Shown here in pieces: positions 10,933-22,280 of a stretch of DNA of 64,000 nucleotides. Position 1 is the first letter of the stretch. Every line of letters starts with the position of its first letter. The DNA comes from an uncultured Phycisphaerales bacterium. GTDB lineage: Bacteria; Planctomycetota; Phycisphaerae; Sedimentisphaerales; Anaerobacaceae. The notes below the pieces were generated by a model. That model saw only the letters and a list, made by a program, of their open reading frames with translations, did no database searches and was not told the DNA's origin. Made by a program: the position numbers and the translations under genes. The stretch lies in contig CAVYYI010000003.1 in assembly GCA_963772725.1 (NCBI GenBank), positions 672,001 through 736,000 on the forward strand, given 5' to 3'.

Positions 10933-11053
10933 TGCACCAGATGCACCAGTGATTCCCTATTAATCATATTATTTACTCATTTTTTGCTTCGCGATAGGTA
11001 TAAAATATTAATAATAATAGGAAATCATTAGGACAACTGGGACACTTGGGACA
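10933..11053. repeat. Candidate phage/satellite replication origin: iterons, AT-rich core and inverted repeat
   Basis: TGCACCAG x2 at 9-bp period (10933-10949); IR TGATTCCCTATT(10950)/AATAGGAAATCA(11016); GGACA x3 at 9-bp period (11031-11053) at the helicase 3' end. Confidence 0.5.
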
Positions 11054-12452
11054 TCAAGCCATAATAAATCCATTCACGAGTTCCGATATTAAGTCGTTTC
11101 CGTTCAACGTTTGGGAATAATCTTCTGACGTGGTGGCCGAAAGATGCTGAGCCCATAGGCAGGCAGCCGGATTCGGCGCAGTAGGTTCGGTAGGCGTTAT
11201 AGACATCTTTGCAGGGGATAAATCCGCCGTTGTCGCTGGCTTTGTAAGTTTCGAGCAGAAACGCCCTTGCGGGGTCGGACTCTCTTCGGTAATTTTCCAT
11301 AAGCTCTTTATTAGCCTGCGGAATGACAAAGCCGCTCTGATTGAGTTTGGCCAGGCCCTCAAGCGCCCAGTTCAAAATCCCGGGCAGGCTCTCTTTGAGA
11401 ATCTCAGCCAGCTCTTTTATCTGTGCCTTTTCGTCAATAATCTTATCGAACGGCACAAGTAGAATCCGCCGCCATATCGCGTTGGTCTTATCATTAAATC
11501 GCGGCAGGGAATTCGTGCTAATCATCAGTTTCGCCGTCGGGACAAAGCTGACCGCGTCCTTGAACTTCCGTTCGGCCATCAGTGTATCGCCCGCGACAAA
11601 AGATTTTATGTTGCTCTCGGATTCCTCCTCGATGATGTGGCTTGACTCGTGCGTGATATTGACGACCTTGCCGATGGTCTCATTCAAAGCGAACCGCTGA
11701 GCGAACTGCCGCAGGCCAATCTGGCAGCAATTTTCCCTGCCGACAAGCGCCTGTATAACCTCGAAGAAAACGCCCTTGCCGTTTGCGCCCTCGCCGGTGC
11801 AAAGCAGAAACTTCTGCTCCTTCAGGTCAGGCCTGAAAAGGTAACCGACCCATCGCTGCAAAAGGTCGATATACTCGCCGCGACCGAGCATAACATCTTC
11901 GAGAAATATCTCCCAGTCGGGACATTTGGCCTGCGGGTCGTAATCGTAAGGCAGCTTAACAAGGTTGAAATATCGCGGCGTATGCCTTGCCAGAAAAGAC
12001 TTGTCAAATCCGAGCTGCTTTTTATCCGTCATTAACAGGCCGTTTTTAACCGCAATAGTCGAAATCAGCCTTTCACGCCCATCGTCCCAGGTATTGAGCT
12101 CTCTGCCCTCAGGTATATGCACGCCCTCCATACCCGCAAGACACAGACTGATATTATTTATCAGATTGCTCGTTATCCGAATCCGCTGCGAGGCGTCGGC
12201 GGTTATCGAATTATTCAGGCAATGCAGATGTTTCTTAATCTGCGCGTTAATCTCCGAATCGGATATTCTCTTGTAACAGCCGTCCTTCCAGAGGTAAAAT
12301 TCGTTTCGCCACCATCGCAGCGTATAACCCGCCGCCTGCCGCTCCGCTTCACTTAAATTGTCACCGCCCGGGTCAAAGAAATATTCGCCGCCAAGCAGTC
12401 CCTCAGCCAGCATATCCGGGTCACTGTAAAATGATTGTAAGCTCTTATCCAT
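11028..12452 (-). CDS. P4-family/D5-like SF3 helicase (phage/plasmid primase family) without an evident N-terminal primase domain
   Basis: IAVKNGLL...LPYDYDPQAKCPDW D5_N-like segment, Walker A GEGANGKG, KLMISTNSLP, AIWRRILLVPF. Confidence 0.85.
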   Translation of the reverse strand: MDKSLQSFYSDPDMLAEGLLGGEYFFDPGGDNLSEAERQAAGYTLRWWRNEFYLWKDGCYKRISDSEINAQIKKHLHCLNNSITADASQRIRITSNLINNISLCLAGMEGVHIPEGRELNTWDDGRERLISTIAVKNGLLMTDKKQLGFDKSFLARHTPRYFNLVKLPYDYDPQAKCPDWEIFLEDVMLGRGEYIDLLQRWVGYLFRPDLKEQKFLLCTGEGANGKGVFFEVIQALVGRENCCQIGLRQFAQRFALNETIGKVVNITHESSHIIEEESESNIKSFVAGDTLMAERKFKDAVSFVPTAKLMISTNSLPRFNDKTNAIWRRILLVPFDKIIDEKAQIKELAEILKESLPGILNWALEGLAKLNQSGFVIPQANKELMENYRRESDPARAFLLETYKASDNGGFIPCKDVYNAYRTYCAESGCLPMGSASFGHHVRRLFPNVERKRLNIGTREWIYYGLMSQVSQLS

Positions 12453-12740
12453 AATTTCGTCCTGCGTTGTGCGTATTGCGTATTTTCCGCACGACGCATT
12501 ACGCACCACGATTCTATTTACTTCATTTCTGATTCCCATTTGTCATTCCCACTGTTTTTTTACCGCGCAGTTTGCTGAGATAATTTTTAGCCACGAATTC
12601 ACACGAATTAACACAAATTTTAAAAAAATGTCGACAATCTTTTCCATTAGTGTCTATTTGTGTTTATTCGTGGTTAATTTAGCAAACCCGCCGTAAAACG
12701 GCGGGCTAACTATCCCCTATTCCATAAACCCTATACCCTT

Positions 12741-13313
12741 TTACTTCAGTTCCGCGACGAGCTGCCTTGTTTGCGCCGACTGATTACTCTGTGCCTGCTT
12801 AAAGGCCTCGACCGAATCGGCGTTTTGTTTCTTGAATAGTTCGTTGCCAGCGATGATTTCCTGCAATGCCTGCGATTTGGCCTTTGCCTGTTTCAAAAAT
12901 CCCGCAGCCTTCGCGCCGTAAACCCCGCCCAGAAGAGCCGACAGCCCGATTGCCAAATCAAAGATATTTCCAGCAACAGCACCGATATCAGGCCTATCGA
13001 GCGACTCTTTATTGGCCGAGTCGGCAAGCTGAAAATTCCCCTGCGACAAAATCTGCTCAACAGTATCGCCCGCCGGATATTCTTTCGGCAAACCATAATA
13101 CGAAACAAAAGCCCTGCTCTGCAGCTCCGACAACTGCGCCAAGCTTTGCAGCTTCTGCGAAGTCCCCTCCGTTCTGGCCTCCTCGGCAGCCGCTGCGGCT
13201 GTACGATTATGCAGCCACGCATTCTGCTTCTGTAATTCTCCAGGAGCAAACCGTATGGACTCACATCCGCAAACCAAAACTGATACCATCAATACCAAAA
13301 AACATTTTCTCAT
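12741..13313 (-). CDS. Lipoprotein with a C-terminal hydrophobic segment (phage-module associated; possibly spanin-like)
   Basis: Lipobox-like VLVCGC; second hydrophobic stretch LAIGLSALLGGVYG; GGAGG RBS. Confidence 0.65.
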   Translation of the reverse strand: MRKCFLVLMVSVLVCGCESIRFAPGELQKQNAWLHNRTAAAAAEEARTEGTSQKLQSLAQLSELQSRAFVSYYGLPKEYPAGDTVEQILSQGNFQLADSANKESLDRPDIGAVAGNIFDLAIGLSALLGGVYGAKAAGFLKQAKAKSQALQEIIAGNELFKKQNADSVEAFKQAQSNQSAQTRQLVAELK

Positions 13314-13474
13314 CTTTTTGCCTCCTTAATAATAATATTTTAGGCCACAGATTTCACAGATTAACACAGATTTAATTTTTTTGTTTTTTAATCAGACTTC
13401 GGCGAGCTCAGTTGAGCCGTGAAATCAGTGTAATCTGTGGCTAATAAATTGTGTTTATTCGTGTTCATTCGTGG

Positions 13475-13738
13475 TTAATTCTGCACCTGTGCTTTTTCCA
13501 CCGCCCGCAGCCGATATTCATACGCGATATTGCTTGCGTTAAGCGATTCGAGTTTCTGCTGAAATTCCTTTTGGCTTTGCAAAAGCGTACCGACATCATG
13601 CCCAAGCATATCGAGCCGCCTCTGCAGATTTGTCCAGCTCGCGACAATCAAACTCGCCAGAAGAACAAGCTGAATAACCATCGAAAGATTCACCTGCCGA
13701 TTGAACCGCCACCTCTTAAAACTATTCTCCGCCATTTT
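13475..13738 (-). CDS. Small single-TM coiled-coil protein (holin-like position and architecture)
   Basis: TM VNLSMVIQLVLLASLIVASW followed by heptads ending RLRAVE; AAGGAG RBS. Confidence 0.6.
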   Translation of the reverse strand, partial: KMAENSFKRWRFNRQVNLSMVIQLVLLASLIVASWTNLQRRLDMLGHDVGTLLQSQKEFQQKLESLNASNIAYEYRLRAVEKAQVQN

Positions 13739-13813
13739 CAATACTCCTTAATTTCGCCGTGCGTATTGCGTATTTTTCGCACGACGCAATACGCATCACG
13801 CAATACATTTTCT

Positions 13814-14236
13814 TTACAGTTTCATAATAAACGCCAGCGCATAAAAGGGCGGCACAACATCTTTATTATCGGTGGTGCCGGAATCATAATTTTCAGCGGT
13901 ATCACCTGCCCCATCGGCGTAATCACGAACTCCGGATTCATCGTCCGTTGAGCCGCCAGGCCCCTGCGCATGTATGTGTCCATTGGTTGTAAAATCGTGA
14001 TTGTGAGACAAGCTGCCGCCCGCCTGCGAAAGCGAACCTGTCAAATTAGTTTTCGCGACCCCGCCGTCATCCTGTTTAGCGCCGACAATAAATTTATCCC
14101 GCAAGTCAGGCGTACTGCTGTTTCCATCGCACAGCACCCAGCCTGCCGGTATCGCCGCAATCGCCCCCGACCACATCACAATCACGCCCTTAGGCACAGC
14201 CCCCGACCTTCTGATTAACATATACCCTTTTTTCAT
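13814..14236 (-). CDS. Short phage tail-collar/fibre-like protein
   Basis: VPKGVIVMWSGAIAAIPAGWVLCDG...PDLRDKFIVG...PPFYALAFIMKL. Confidence 0.8.
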   Translation of the reverse strand: MKKGYMLIRRSGAVPKGVIVMWSGAIAAIPAGWVLCDGNSSTPDLRDKFIVGAKQDDGGVAKTNLTGSLSQAGGSLSHNHDFTTNGHIHAQGPGGSTDDESGVRDYADGAGDTAENYDSGTTDNKDVVPPFYALAFIMKL

Positions 14237-14263
14237 AATTTGTCTCCTCTGCGGGAAATCCGC

Positions 14264-14917
14264 CTAATCTCGCCTGAGATTAAACGCCCCGCCCATTTTA
14301 ATAATATCCGCAACGCCATCTGTCCCTATATCAATAGCGACCCTGCACCGCTGTCTTAACTTTTCAAACTCGCCGCGATAATACAGGCTCTTTTCCCAGA
14401 GGTTGTCGCCCTTGTCACTTGCCAGCATCGCATAAACACTCGAAAGAATCGCGAAAACCGACAACTGCCTCAATACGCTCTTATCCAGAATATCCTCCGC
14501 GCCGTAATCACTCTGCGGACTGCCCGGCTTTAGTCCGAAATACTCCGTCAGCCTGTATCCAGCCTCACTTGCCTGAGGCGTAAATGTACTGACCCGATAC
14601 GTTATATTCCCTGCCGCTGCTGGCGAAATCGCCTGTGCCTGAGCGTCTGAGCGTATTACAGAAACAGTCAATTGTGTCGCCGAATCTACCGAAATTATCT
14701 CGAACGCCCCGTTGAGGCTGCCATCCTGCGAAACAAGATTTATCACGCCACCGGCCATAACCTGCGCATTAACAAAATCCGCGCCAGCAGCGGTAAATGT
14801 CGTGCCGCTAAGTACTCCGCCGGTTCCGTGTGCCAGCACCTGCCCGGGCAAATGCAAATCCCCGAACAGTATCGGCTCATATCTCAAAATATCGCAATCA
14901 TCAGAAAAACAAACCAT
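14264..14917 (-). CDS. Putative head completion/adaptor protein
   Basis: Directly downstream of the capsid gene; helical C-terminus (KSLYYRGEFEKLR...DIGTDG); function inferred from position only. Confidence 0.5.
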   Translation of the reverse strand: MVCFSDDCDILRYEPILFGDLHLPGQVLAHGTGGVLSGTTFTAAGADFVNAQVMAGGVINLVSQDGSLNGAFEIISVDSATQLTVSVIRSDAQAQAISPAAAGNITYRVSTFTPQASEAGYRLTEYFGLKPGSPQSDYGAEDILDKSVLRQLSVFAILSSVYAMLASDKGDNLWEKSLYYRGEFEKLRQRCRVAIDIGTDGVADIIKMGGAFNLRRD

Positions 14918-15066
14918 TCCATTACCCCTCTATTAATTATTACAAATCAAAAAATTTTTAACCACGAATTCACACGAATTAACACAAATTAAAAAGTAAT
15001 TATCAATAATCAATTTCATCAGTGTCCATTCGTGTTCATTCGTGGTTAATTTATTTCCCCGGCGTT

Positions 15067-16226
15067 TTAACTTGTCGAAAGATTGCGAATCACTCCGTGA
15101 GCCGCCTCGTTTTTCATTTCCAGCGTGTATTCGCCAATCAGTTCTCCGCACTCGTAATCACCGCCGCTTGCCAAAGGCTTGAAATGAAAACTGCGCCCGC
15201 CAGAGGCAATACGCTTATCCTCGACGAATCCAGAAACAAAATAGCGTCCTGCGGCATCCATCGCGTCGTAACAATTCTGCACACACCGAAGTCACTCTCG
15301 TAAACGCTCACCATATCCGTGAACGTGGTATCGTCAGCCGCGAACATCCTGCTGTCCGAACAAAACGCGTTTATCCTGCGCTTCTGGAAACCGCCCACAA
15401 CAATCAAATCGACGCTGCTGTTGCTGTTTTCCCATATGCGCCTCAGAACATAATTGAGCTTTGTCTCATCGAGGTCGTTGCCGCTGGGAAATCCGCTGTC
15501 GCCGGTGTGAAAAATATTCGTTGAGAGATGCTGCATAATCCCTCTCATCGACCTTCTGGCCGAATCGCTGCCCTGCGGATTGCTCGAAGGCTGCCCGCCG
15601 TTTAGTACCGTGTTCTCCAAATCGCGCAGCAGCTCCCGCAATCTTTCCTGCTTCTGATAGTCCATCTCGTCGGCCAGTCCAAGATGTCCCGCAGCCATAT
15701 CCGTCCCTGATACCTCCACCGCAGCGGTAAATATCTGCGTAAAATTCCCCTTCCGCACACGATTGGTGAACCTCACCGCGGGTTTATCATCGCCCTCCAG
15801 CGCCGCGTTTCCGAGAATATTGACAACCTGGTTATCCGCGAGGTTCTCCGCCGTAGTTCCCGCGTAGCCGCGAATCACTGTCAGCGTATTTGTGTTGATG
15901 TCCGTCACGAACATCAGTTCCTCGCTGCCCTCAATCTGTATCTGGTCGCCAATCCGGAACCTGCTTCCGTGGTCAACAACAAATGTCACGTCCACATCCG
16001 GGTCGGTGAATGTGCTGTCATTGACCGCATCCTTGTTCGGCAAAAGCTCATCTTCCATCCACTCGTGATTTGTGCTTCTCGCCTCGCGCATCGGGTCGCC
16101 CATCGCGTCCAGTAAAGGCGTCTCATAAGGCGATACTATACCAATCAAATCCGATACGTCTTCGGCCAACTCCGGCAGACTCGTCCCCGCTGAATACGTC
16201 GCTTTCCCTGTAAATCCCATTTCCAT
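15067..16226 (-). CDS. Major capsid protein, SU10/DUF5309-like HK97 fold; single frameshift near 15195
   Basis: EDVSDLIGIVSPYETPLL, HEWMEDEL, NFTQIF, ELLRDLE, RSMRGI, YESDFG; the alternate frame supplies GEYTLEMKNEAAHG. Confidence 0.85.
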
Positions 16227-16316
16227 TTTCTCCTAAAATAAAAATAATTCGTATCTCGTTATTTGTCATACCTGCGAAAGCAGGTATCCATTTTCTATAC
16301 CCTATACCCTAAACCC

Positions 16317-16733
16317 TTATAAAGCCCTTCGCAGTCTCAGATACTCATGCAAATCCGCCCTGCTTCCGCTCTTGGCCGCACGCCTGGCTGCCCTCTCAAG
16401 AGCCGTTTGACTGTTCTGTGTCTTATCCTTAACTCCCGCGGTTTTCCTCGCAGCGGCAAATCCTCTGCGTTCACCGCCAAACAGGTATTGCTTTTCCGCC
16501 TTGAGCTTTTCAATCACACCATCGGCGTCCGCTTCATTCAAACCCTCCATTCTTGCCTTTGCCACAAGTATCGCAGTCTCAAGGTCACTGGCTCCCGCTT
16601 CCGCGAGCTTACGCATCAGCACCTGCTCAGTTTTAATACCGTTCAACTGCGCCGCTGCCTCCGCCGCCTCCCGCTTTGCCTGCGCGAGCTGCTCCGCGAG
16701 AATCTCTTTTTCATCCGCACCATTGTTATCCAT
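16317..16733 (-). CDS. Putative capsid scaffolding protein
   Basis: Coiled-coil with a KQYLF motif and basic C-terminus, located between portal and capsid genes; AAGGAG RBS. Confidence 0.65.
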   Translation of the reverse strand: MDNNGADEKEILAEQLAQAKREAAEAAAQLNGIKTEQVLMRKLAEAGASDLETAILVAKARMEGLNEADADGVIEKLKAEKQYLFGGERRGFAAARKTAGVKDKTQNSQTALERAARRAAKSGSRADLHEYLRLRRAL

Positions 16734-16760
16734 AATTTCTCCTTTATTAAACCGTGTTAA

Positions 16761-18417
16761 TAAGCCTTTTGTAAAATTCATAAATATTTGTTAAATAACG
16801 ACTTATGTCATTATTTTTCTTGCAATCTCCTCCATTTTGGATATTATGTAAGCGTTGTCAGTAAAAGGACTTACAACCAAAATAAAGGAGATTTTTTTAT
16901 GTACCACGTTCAAACGTCACTATTTTATGACCTCCAGGAGCTTGTCAGAAATTCATCGCTGCTGCGAAAGTACTTCTATCTCTTTCAGGCTCTCGATATT
17001 TCCATTCTGCCCGACAGAAACTTCGGTGTCGGCAGAACAGGTCACTCACGACATGCCATCCTGAGAGGCACTCATCGTCAAACATCTTCAGCAAATAAAA
17101 TCTGTCCCTGAGCTTATCGAATATCTTCAAGCCAATCCGCCTCTGCTGGAACTGTGCGGCTTTACGCTCGGGAATATGCCGGACGAATCCCAATTCTATC
17201 GTTTCTTGGCAGATACCGATAACTCTGTTCTCAAAGAAATTCATTACCGTCTAAATCAGCGGCTTATCGAACAGGGATTAGTCAGCCTTGATACCTTGAT
17301 CATTGACTCCAAACCTGTTATGGCTGCCACAAAAGAAAATAATCTCAAAAATCCCGCCCGAAACACCACCGATAAAACCAAGACGCCCACTCGAAATCCT
17401 GCTGCAACATTGAGCTATTATTCTTGTCAGGTCCTCAACGGCAAAAAGGAAAACATGCTGTTCTTCTGGGGATACAGGACACATGTCATAATCTCAAAAC
17501 AAGGAATATCGCTTGTTGAAATAACTCTGCCAAACAACACCACAGACCAGCAGGTTGCCTTCAAGCTGCTTAAAGAACTCAAACGCAGATACAGGGTCAG
17601 AAAAGGCTTTCTGTTTCTTGCGGATAAGGCCTACGATGTCAGAGACCTGTACACCTTTATAGTTGGAAAGATGAAGGGAAACCCATATATCCCAATCAAC
17701 CCAAGAAATCAGAAAGATGACAAGACTTTTGGCCCTCACGGCTGTCCCATCTGTGATGCTGGTCTTGAAATGAGGTCGACCGGAAGATGGACCGAGGGCA
17801 ATCGTGAACGCATCAAGTTTCGCTGCCCCTTAAAGGTCAGCAAAAAGACTGCTGAAAAACTTAGTAACACCTGTCCGGTAAACCTTCCATCCTTCAATAC
17901 CGGCAAATGCTACGGCTGTACCAAGTACATTGATATCACTGAAGATGCACGTTCGCGTGTCCCAAGGGATTCAAGGGAATTTAAGGAAACTTTCAAGCAA
18001 AGAGAATCAGTCGAGCAATACTTTGCTCGGTTAGGAGACCGTGAAGCTGAACAGACTACGCACTATTCATTGAAAACCGTGCGTAATCAGATGACAATCG
18101 CTCATCTGACGGCAAGTCTTATCGGCGTTGCCGCTGCTATATTGCTTAAACAGCCCGGGAAAATGCGTTGCCATAAAACATTCGCACAAATACCAAACCG
18201 ACGCAAGGCCGGCTGATGTCTCAGTTGACGTTGAACGATTAACTTTTCAAAGAGCTAAGACAGAACTCTCGGGGATACTCTGTCTCTAAACAGGCCTTCT
18301 GGCCTTAAAAAAACCAAAATTCACACTCATGCTGCAATAATCCATCAGTTCCACTGCCATTGCGTTGTTTATCCGTTCCGACCTCTGCTAAAAATCATTC
18401 ATTTTGCAGAAGTCTTA
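16761..18417 (+). mobile_element. IS element (DDE transposase, IS4/IS5-like, family uncertain) with 11-bp TSD
   Basis: Imperfect IRs TAAGCCTTTTGTAAAAT / TAAGACTTCTGCAAAAT; TSD AACCGTGTTAA at 16750-16760 and 18418-18428. Confidence 0.85.
16899..18216 (+). CDS. DDE transposase; frameshift near 17070
   Basis: IIDSKP, WGYRTH, LADKAYD, RESVEQYF motifs. Confidence 0.85.
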
Positions 18418-18471
18418 AACCGTGTTAATCTGTGTAAATCCGTGTCAAAAAATAACCGCGTTAATCTGTGT

Positions 18472-19997
18472 CTAATGAATTGTGTCGTACCCCAGTTCCC
18501 GCAGTATCCTTTCTTCCGGCACACCCAGTTCTTTTTTGATTCTCGCCTCTTCGAGCTTCTCCATCGTGTTCTCAGGCAGAGGGTCAGGGAAAACAATGTC
18601 AATATCCCTGTCCGCCGCCGCGTTTTTATAAATGTTGGCCTTATCAAGTATCTCCAGAACCATTCCGCTTATTTTTTTTATGCCCTGACCGTAAGTGAAC
18701 TTCTTGCGGTCGGTCTTGGCCAGCATCCCCATCAGCGTCAACTGCAGCGCAACAGCACTTGTCAGGTTGCCGAGCTTACCCTTGATTACTCCGCCCAATA
18801 AAGGCGTAACCGAACTGGTCTTATCCATCGCCTCTCTTATCTCCGCGATATGCGCATCCTCGCTCGGCGCCGCCGCGTCGCCTCCAAACTCTTCGATACT
18901 CGCCTCCGGATTATCCGTACACCACATCCTGCCCGGCGATACAGGCCTGCCCTCGAACCCCTCAATCCCCTTGGCCAGGTACATCTTGAACGACTGAAAC
19001 GTTATCCTGCTTGCCCTGTCGCTCAGCCGCGTATTAAGCTCATCCTGCAAAGGTATCAAAGGCTCAACATCGCTTTGCCCCTCGTAATAATAAGGCTGTG
19101 CGATATTCTGAATATGCACCACCGGCAAAAATCCCCATGGCAGCTCACCCTCCGCCGCGAGCTGGCCGTTCTCGTATCGCTGCCACGCCCCTTCCGAGGT
19201 AATCTCCGTTATATCCGCCGTCTGCCGCTGGTCAATATTCTGTCTGCTCTGCGACAATAACCGGCCAAGATGCGTATCTCTTTTGCCCGCGCATTTTTCT
19301 TCTGATAAAAATGCTGTACGTAATACTTGATTTTCCTGTAATCGTTTTCATCCAGAACAGGCAGTGCCCTCGGTGCTTCAATCAGTTCCAGTGTGATTGT
19401 CTGTGCTGCTTCGAGCACCTTTTCAAATCGAGGATTTTGTGAAGTGAGAGAGACATGTTCTGTAATTTCCATGTCAGGCCTGACAAAACAATCCACGAAA
19501 CCATAAACACTTCCGAGCACCGCCATATCCTGAAAAAATCCAATACCGCCGTTAGCCGCAAACACCGCCTTTAATATCGATTCGATTTCTGCGCGTTTTT
19601 GGCTATCCGGCGCTCTCGAAACAAACCCTATCGGCTTACCGAAAAGAAAATCCACCGCCGCGTTCACTCGCCATGCGATGTCATTTTCTATTACCACTTC
19701 TTTTCGCTGAATATCGCTTACCGCCTGCCCGCCGAAAATTCCCCCCGCCGCTGAATGTGTTACTCCTGTAATTCTCGCCGGCAGTCCGTACTCCTGAGCC
19801 TGAACATAACTTCTGCTCGATTCATTAATTTTCCGCACAGCGGTATTCGCCCCATAGTTATCTTCCATACGGTTGCTGTAATATTCCCACAGCTTTGAAA
19901 AATGATTCGCGATACCCGCTGAATACTCTTCAACAAGCCATTCGACAAATTCCGCGTCAAGACCGCTGTCTCTGAAAATCTCAAGCTCATAAGCCAT
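18472..19997 (-). CDS. Phage portal protein (SPP1 gp6-like); frameshift near 19270
   Basis: VNAAVDFLFGKP; PWGFLPVVHIQN...GQSDVEPLIPLQDELNTRLSD; GNLTSAVAL; IVFPDPLPEN. Confidence 0.85.
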
Positions 19998-20443
19998 CGC
20001 ATTACTCCCGTCTTTGCCTTTCAATCCAAAATCTAAAACCTGTGGTGAGCCTGTCGAACCCATCCAAAATTATTTGGCCTCTATAAGTGCCTGTACCTGC
20101 GTTTTTGAATCGAAAATTTTGCCCTTTTTTGATGCCCTCGAGCTGTAAGTCCTTGTAAAATAAGGCCAAAAAAAATTTTAAAATTCCCGTTTTTACTCTA
20201 AAACTACCTGCATTTTTGATTGAAATTTGTTAATCTGGGTAAGATTTTTCTATGCCCTGCCCCCTATACCCCGCCGGTTAATAAATAATTTTTATAAAAA
20301 AAAGATGGACAAGGATATGTTTAACGGGTAAACTGTTCCGGTATTAGACCGGCTGGCCGGCGAAATTTAGAAAGTGTCCGCAAGCGTTGCGGCGATTATT
20401 GCCAGCTCGGGACCGGGAAATTGTTCCTTTAAAGGAGAACAAC

Positions 20444-20824
20444 GTGAATATTTATGTGGGTAATTTGTCGTTCGACACAACCGAAACAGACCTCAAGTCG
20501 GCTTTCGAGCCTTTCGGTGAAGTCAAGGAAGTCCGCCTTATCATGGATAAGTTCAGCGGAAAGTCAAAGGGTTTTGGGTTTATCGAGATGCCTTCTCAGG
20601 AAGCGGCCCAGAAAGCCATAGCTGAACTCAATGGCAAGGACATGCAGGGTCGGGCGATTAAAGTTAATGAAGCTAAGCCGAAAACCGAAGGCGGCCCAAG
20701 AGGCGGCGGTAGCCGTGGCGGCGGTCGTGGTGGTTTCGGTGGCGGCGGCGGACGTGGCGGCAGTCGCGGTGGTTTTGGCGGCGGCGGTGGTGGTCGCAGC
20801 GGCGGCAGAAGCGAAAGATACTAA
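20444..20824 (+). CDS. RRM RNA-binding protein with Gly/Arg-rich tail
   Basis: NIYVGNL, KSKGFGFIEM, IKVNEAKP; GTG start after AAGGAG. Confidence 0.95.
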   Translation: MNIYVGNLSFDTTETDLKSAFEPFGEVKEVRLIMDKFSGKSKGFGFIEMPSQEAAQKAIAELNGKDMQGRAIKVNEAKPKTEGGPRGGGSRGGGRGGFGGGGGRGGSRGGFGGGGGGRSGGRSERY

Positions 20825-20863
20825 AATCTGTTCGCCTCGAAATTAATCTCGAAAAAAAGAAAT

Positions 20864-20900
20864 GAACCGGACTATAACTTTAGCCCGGTTCGTTTTTTTT
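20864..20900 (+). terminator. Intrinsic terminator
   Basis: GAACCGG...CCGGTTC stem followed by T8. Confidence 0.8.
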
Positions 20901-21133
20901 ACCTTTATTCATCGCCTCAAAAAAATCCCGCCCCTTTCCGGCGGATAATTAGCCCGCCGTCAAACGGCGGGTTCTACCACCTACAATGCGATAAATCCTC
21001 CCCAACCATAAGGCAGGAGTATTAACCACGAATTACACGAATAAACACTATCAAAAAACAAGCCGCAGATTACTTAACCCGCATATGTAATATTTGTTAG
21101 GGACAGGCATCATTACATCTATTGCAAAACCTG

Positions 21134-21520
21134 TCACTGCAACCAGTCTCGAACCGCCGATATGCCAAGCACTATCACAACAGCACCAAGAAGAATGGCA
21201 GCAAAAACAAATAATGTAAATCTATTTATTACAGATCTCATTGATTTTTTGGGAGTCTTTAGAGCAAAGACGTATCCTTCAAGAATACAATTCAAAGATA
21301 GTGCCATACATGCTAAAGCCATAACGGCCTCGGCGGCGGCTGAAATTTTAGGCGGTACTCGATTCCCAGAATGTTGTGGATTAAATAAACCTGTCAATAC
21401 CGTCCCAAAAATAAGAATTCCTACTCCAAGTAAAAGGCCAAGTTTAAAGACTAGCCACAAGGCATAATTTACTTTACTAGAACGCCATAACTCTTTGTTT
21501 GGGATTTTTGGGATTTTCAT
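21134..21520 (-). CDS. Orphan membrane protein (cassette cargo)
   Basis: Three hydrophobic segments, AT-rich. Confidence 0.6.
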   Translation of the reverse strand: MKIPKIPNKELWRSSKVNYALWLVFKLGLLLGVGILIFGTVLTGLFNPQHSGNRVPPKISAAAEAVMALACMALSLNCILEGYVFALKTPKKSMRSVINRFTLFVFAAILLGAVVIVLGISAVRDWLQ

Positions 21521-21640
21521 ATCAACTACCAGGATTTTTCCGGGGATTTTCCCGGGGACACCATACTTAATTCCTTGCACCTTTATTACATAATTCCGGG
21601 ACAGTTCCGTAGGGTGGGGTCACAACCCCACCATTGATTT

Positions 21641-22153
21641 CTATAGATACCGGTGGGGTAAAGACCCCACCCTACAAGTCTTAGATAGTATCAATTTTGA
21701 AATAGCTAAAAATGTTATTCCTATGATGAAATATATTACTGCAGCAACTATTCCAACCATTGCACAAGACACAAATCCCAAAAGAATATCCTCGAATTGA
21801 TGCTCAAATAGACGTTCGCTCCAACAAAATCCTAACCAAAACCAGAAACCATGTAAGAAGCCTGCAATAATAAAGATTATATTTTTACCCCAAAAATATC
21901 TTATATTCGCAACTTTAACTAGAACTAAAAACATAATTATAAGGAAAATATTTGGAACAACTGCAAAAATTTGGTCTAAATGCGCCAGCCAAACCCAAAA
22001 GATTTGTAAACAAACGCACAAAAAAGAAAAAATCAAAGCGTTCTTTAATCCACGCTTTCTATTCTTTATCAGAAAGAATATTAAAATTCCAAAGGACAAT
22101 ATAGCACCTGGCATTATCAAAAATATGTACCATATATTATTTGATTCTTTCAT
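21641..22153 (-). CDS. AT-rich orphan multi-TM protein whose C-terminus runs into a GTAG REP
   Basis: About five TM segments; the last codons (CRVGSLPHRYL) are encoded by the REP. Confidence 0.65.
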   Translation of the reverse strand: MKESNNIWYIFLIMPGAILSFGILIFFLIKNRKRGLKNALIFSFLCVCLQIFWVWLAHLDQIFAVVPNIFLIIMFLVLVKVANIRYFWGKNIIFIIAGFLHGFWFWLGFCWSERLFEHQFEDILLGFVSCAMVGIVAAVIYFIIGITFLAISKLILSKTCRVGSLPHRYL

Positions 22154-22280
22154 CTTCCTTTTTTCCAGTTAACTAGGAACAGTCACCTATTATTTAGCCG
22201 CGCTCCTCATAATTTTACCACGCATACAAACATTGTCCAGACTTTTTGTCTTTGAATCCAAAATCTAAAATCCAAAATTA

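Noticed and set aside
10911..12637. GTCGACAA direct repeat as a TSD around the helicase
   Set aside because: An 8-bp match with no terminal IRs or other support could be chance
11028..20000. Complete inducible prophage
   Set aside because: No integrase, att pair, immunity region or tail morphogenesis genes; terminase is remote; host REPs occur throughout
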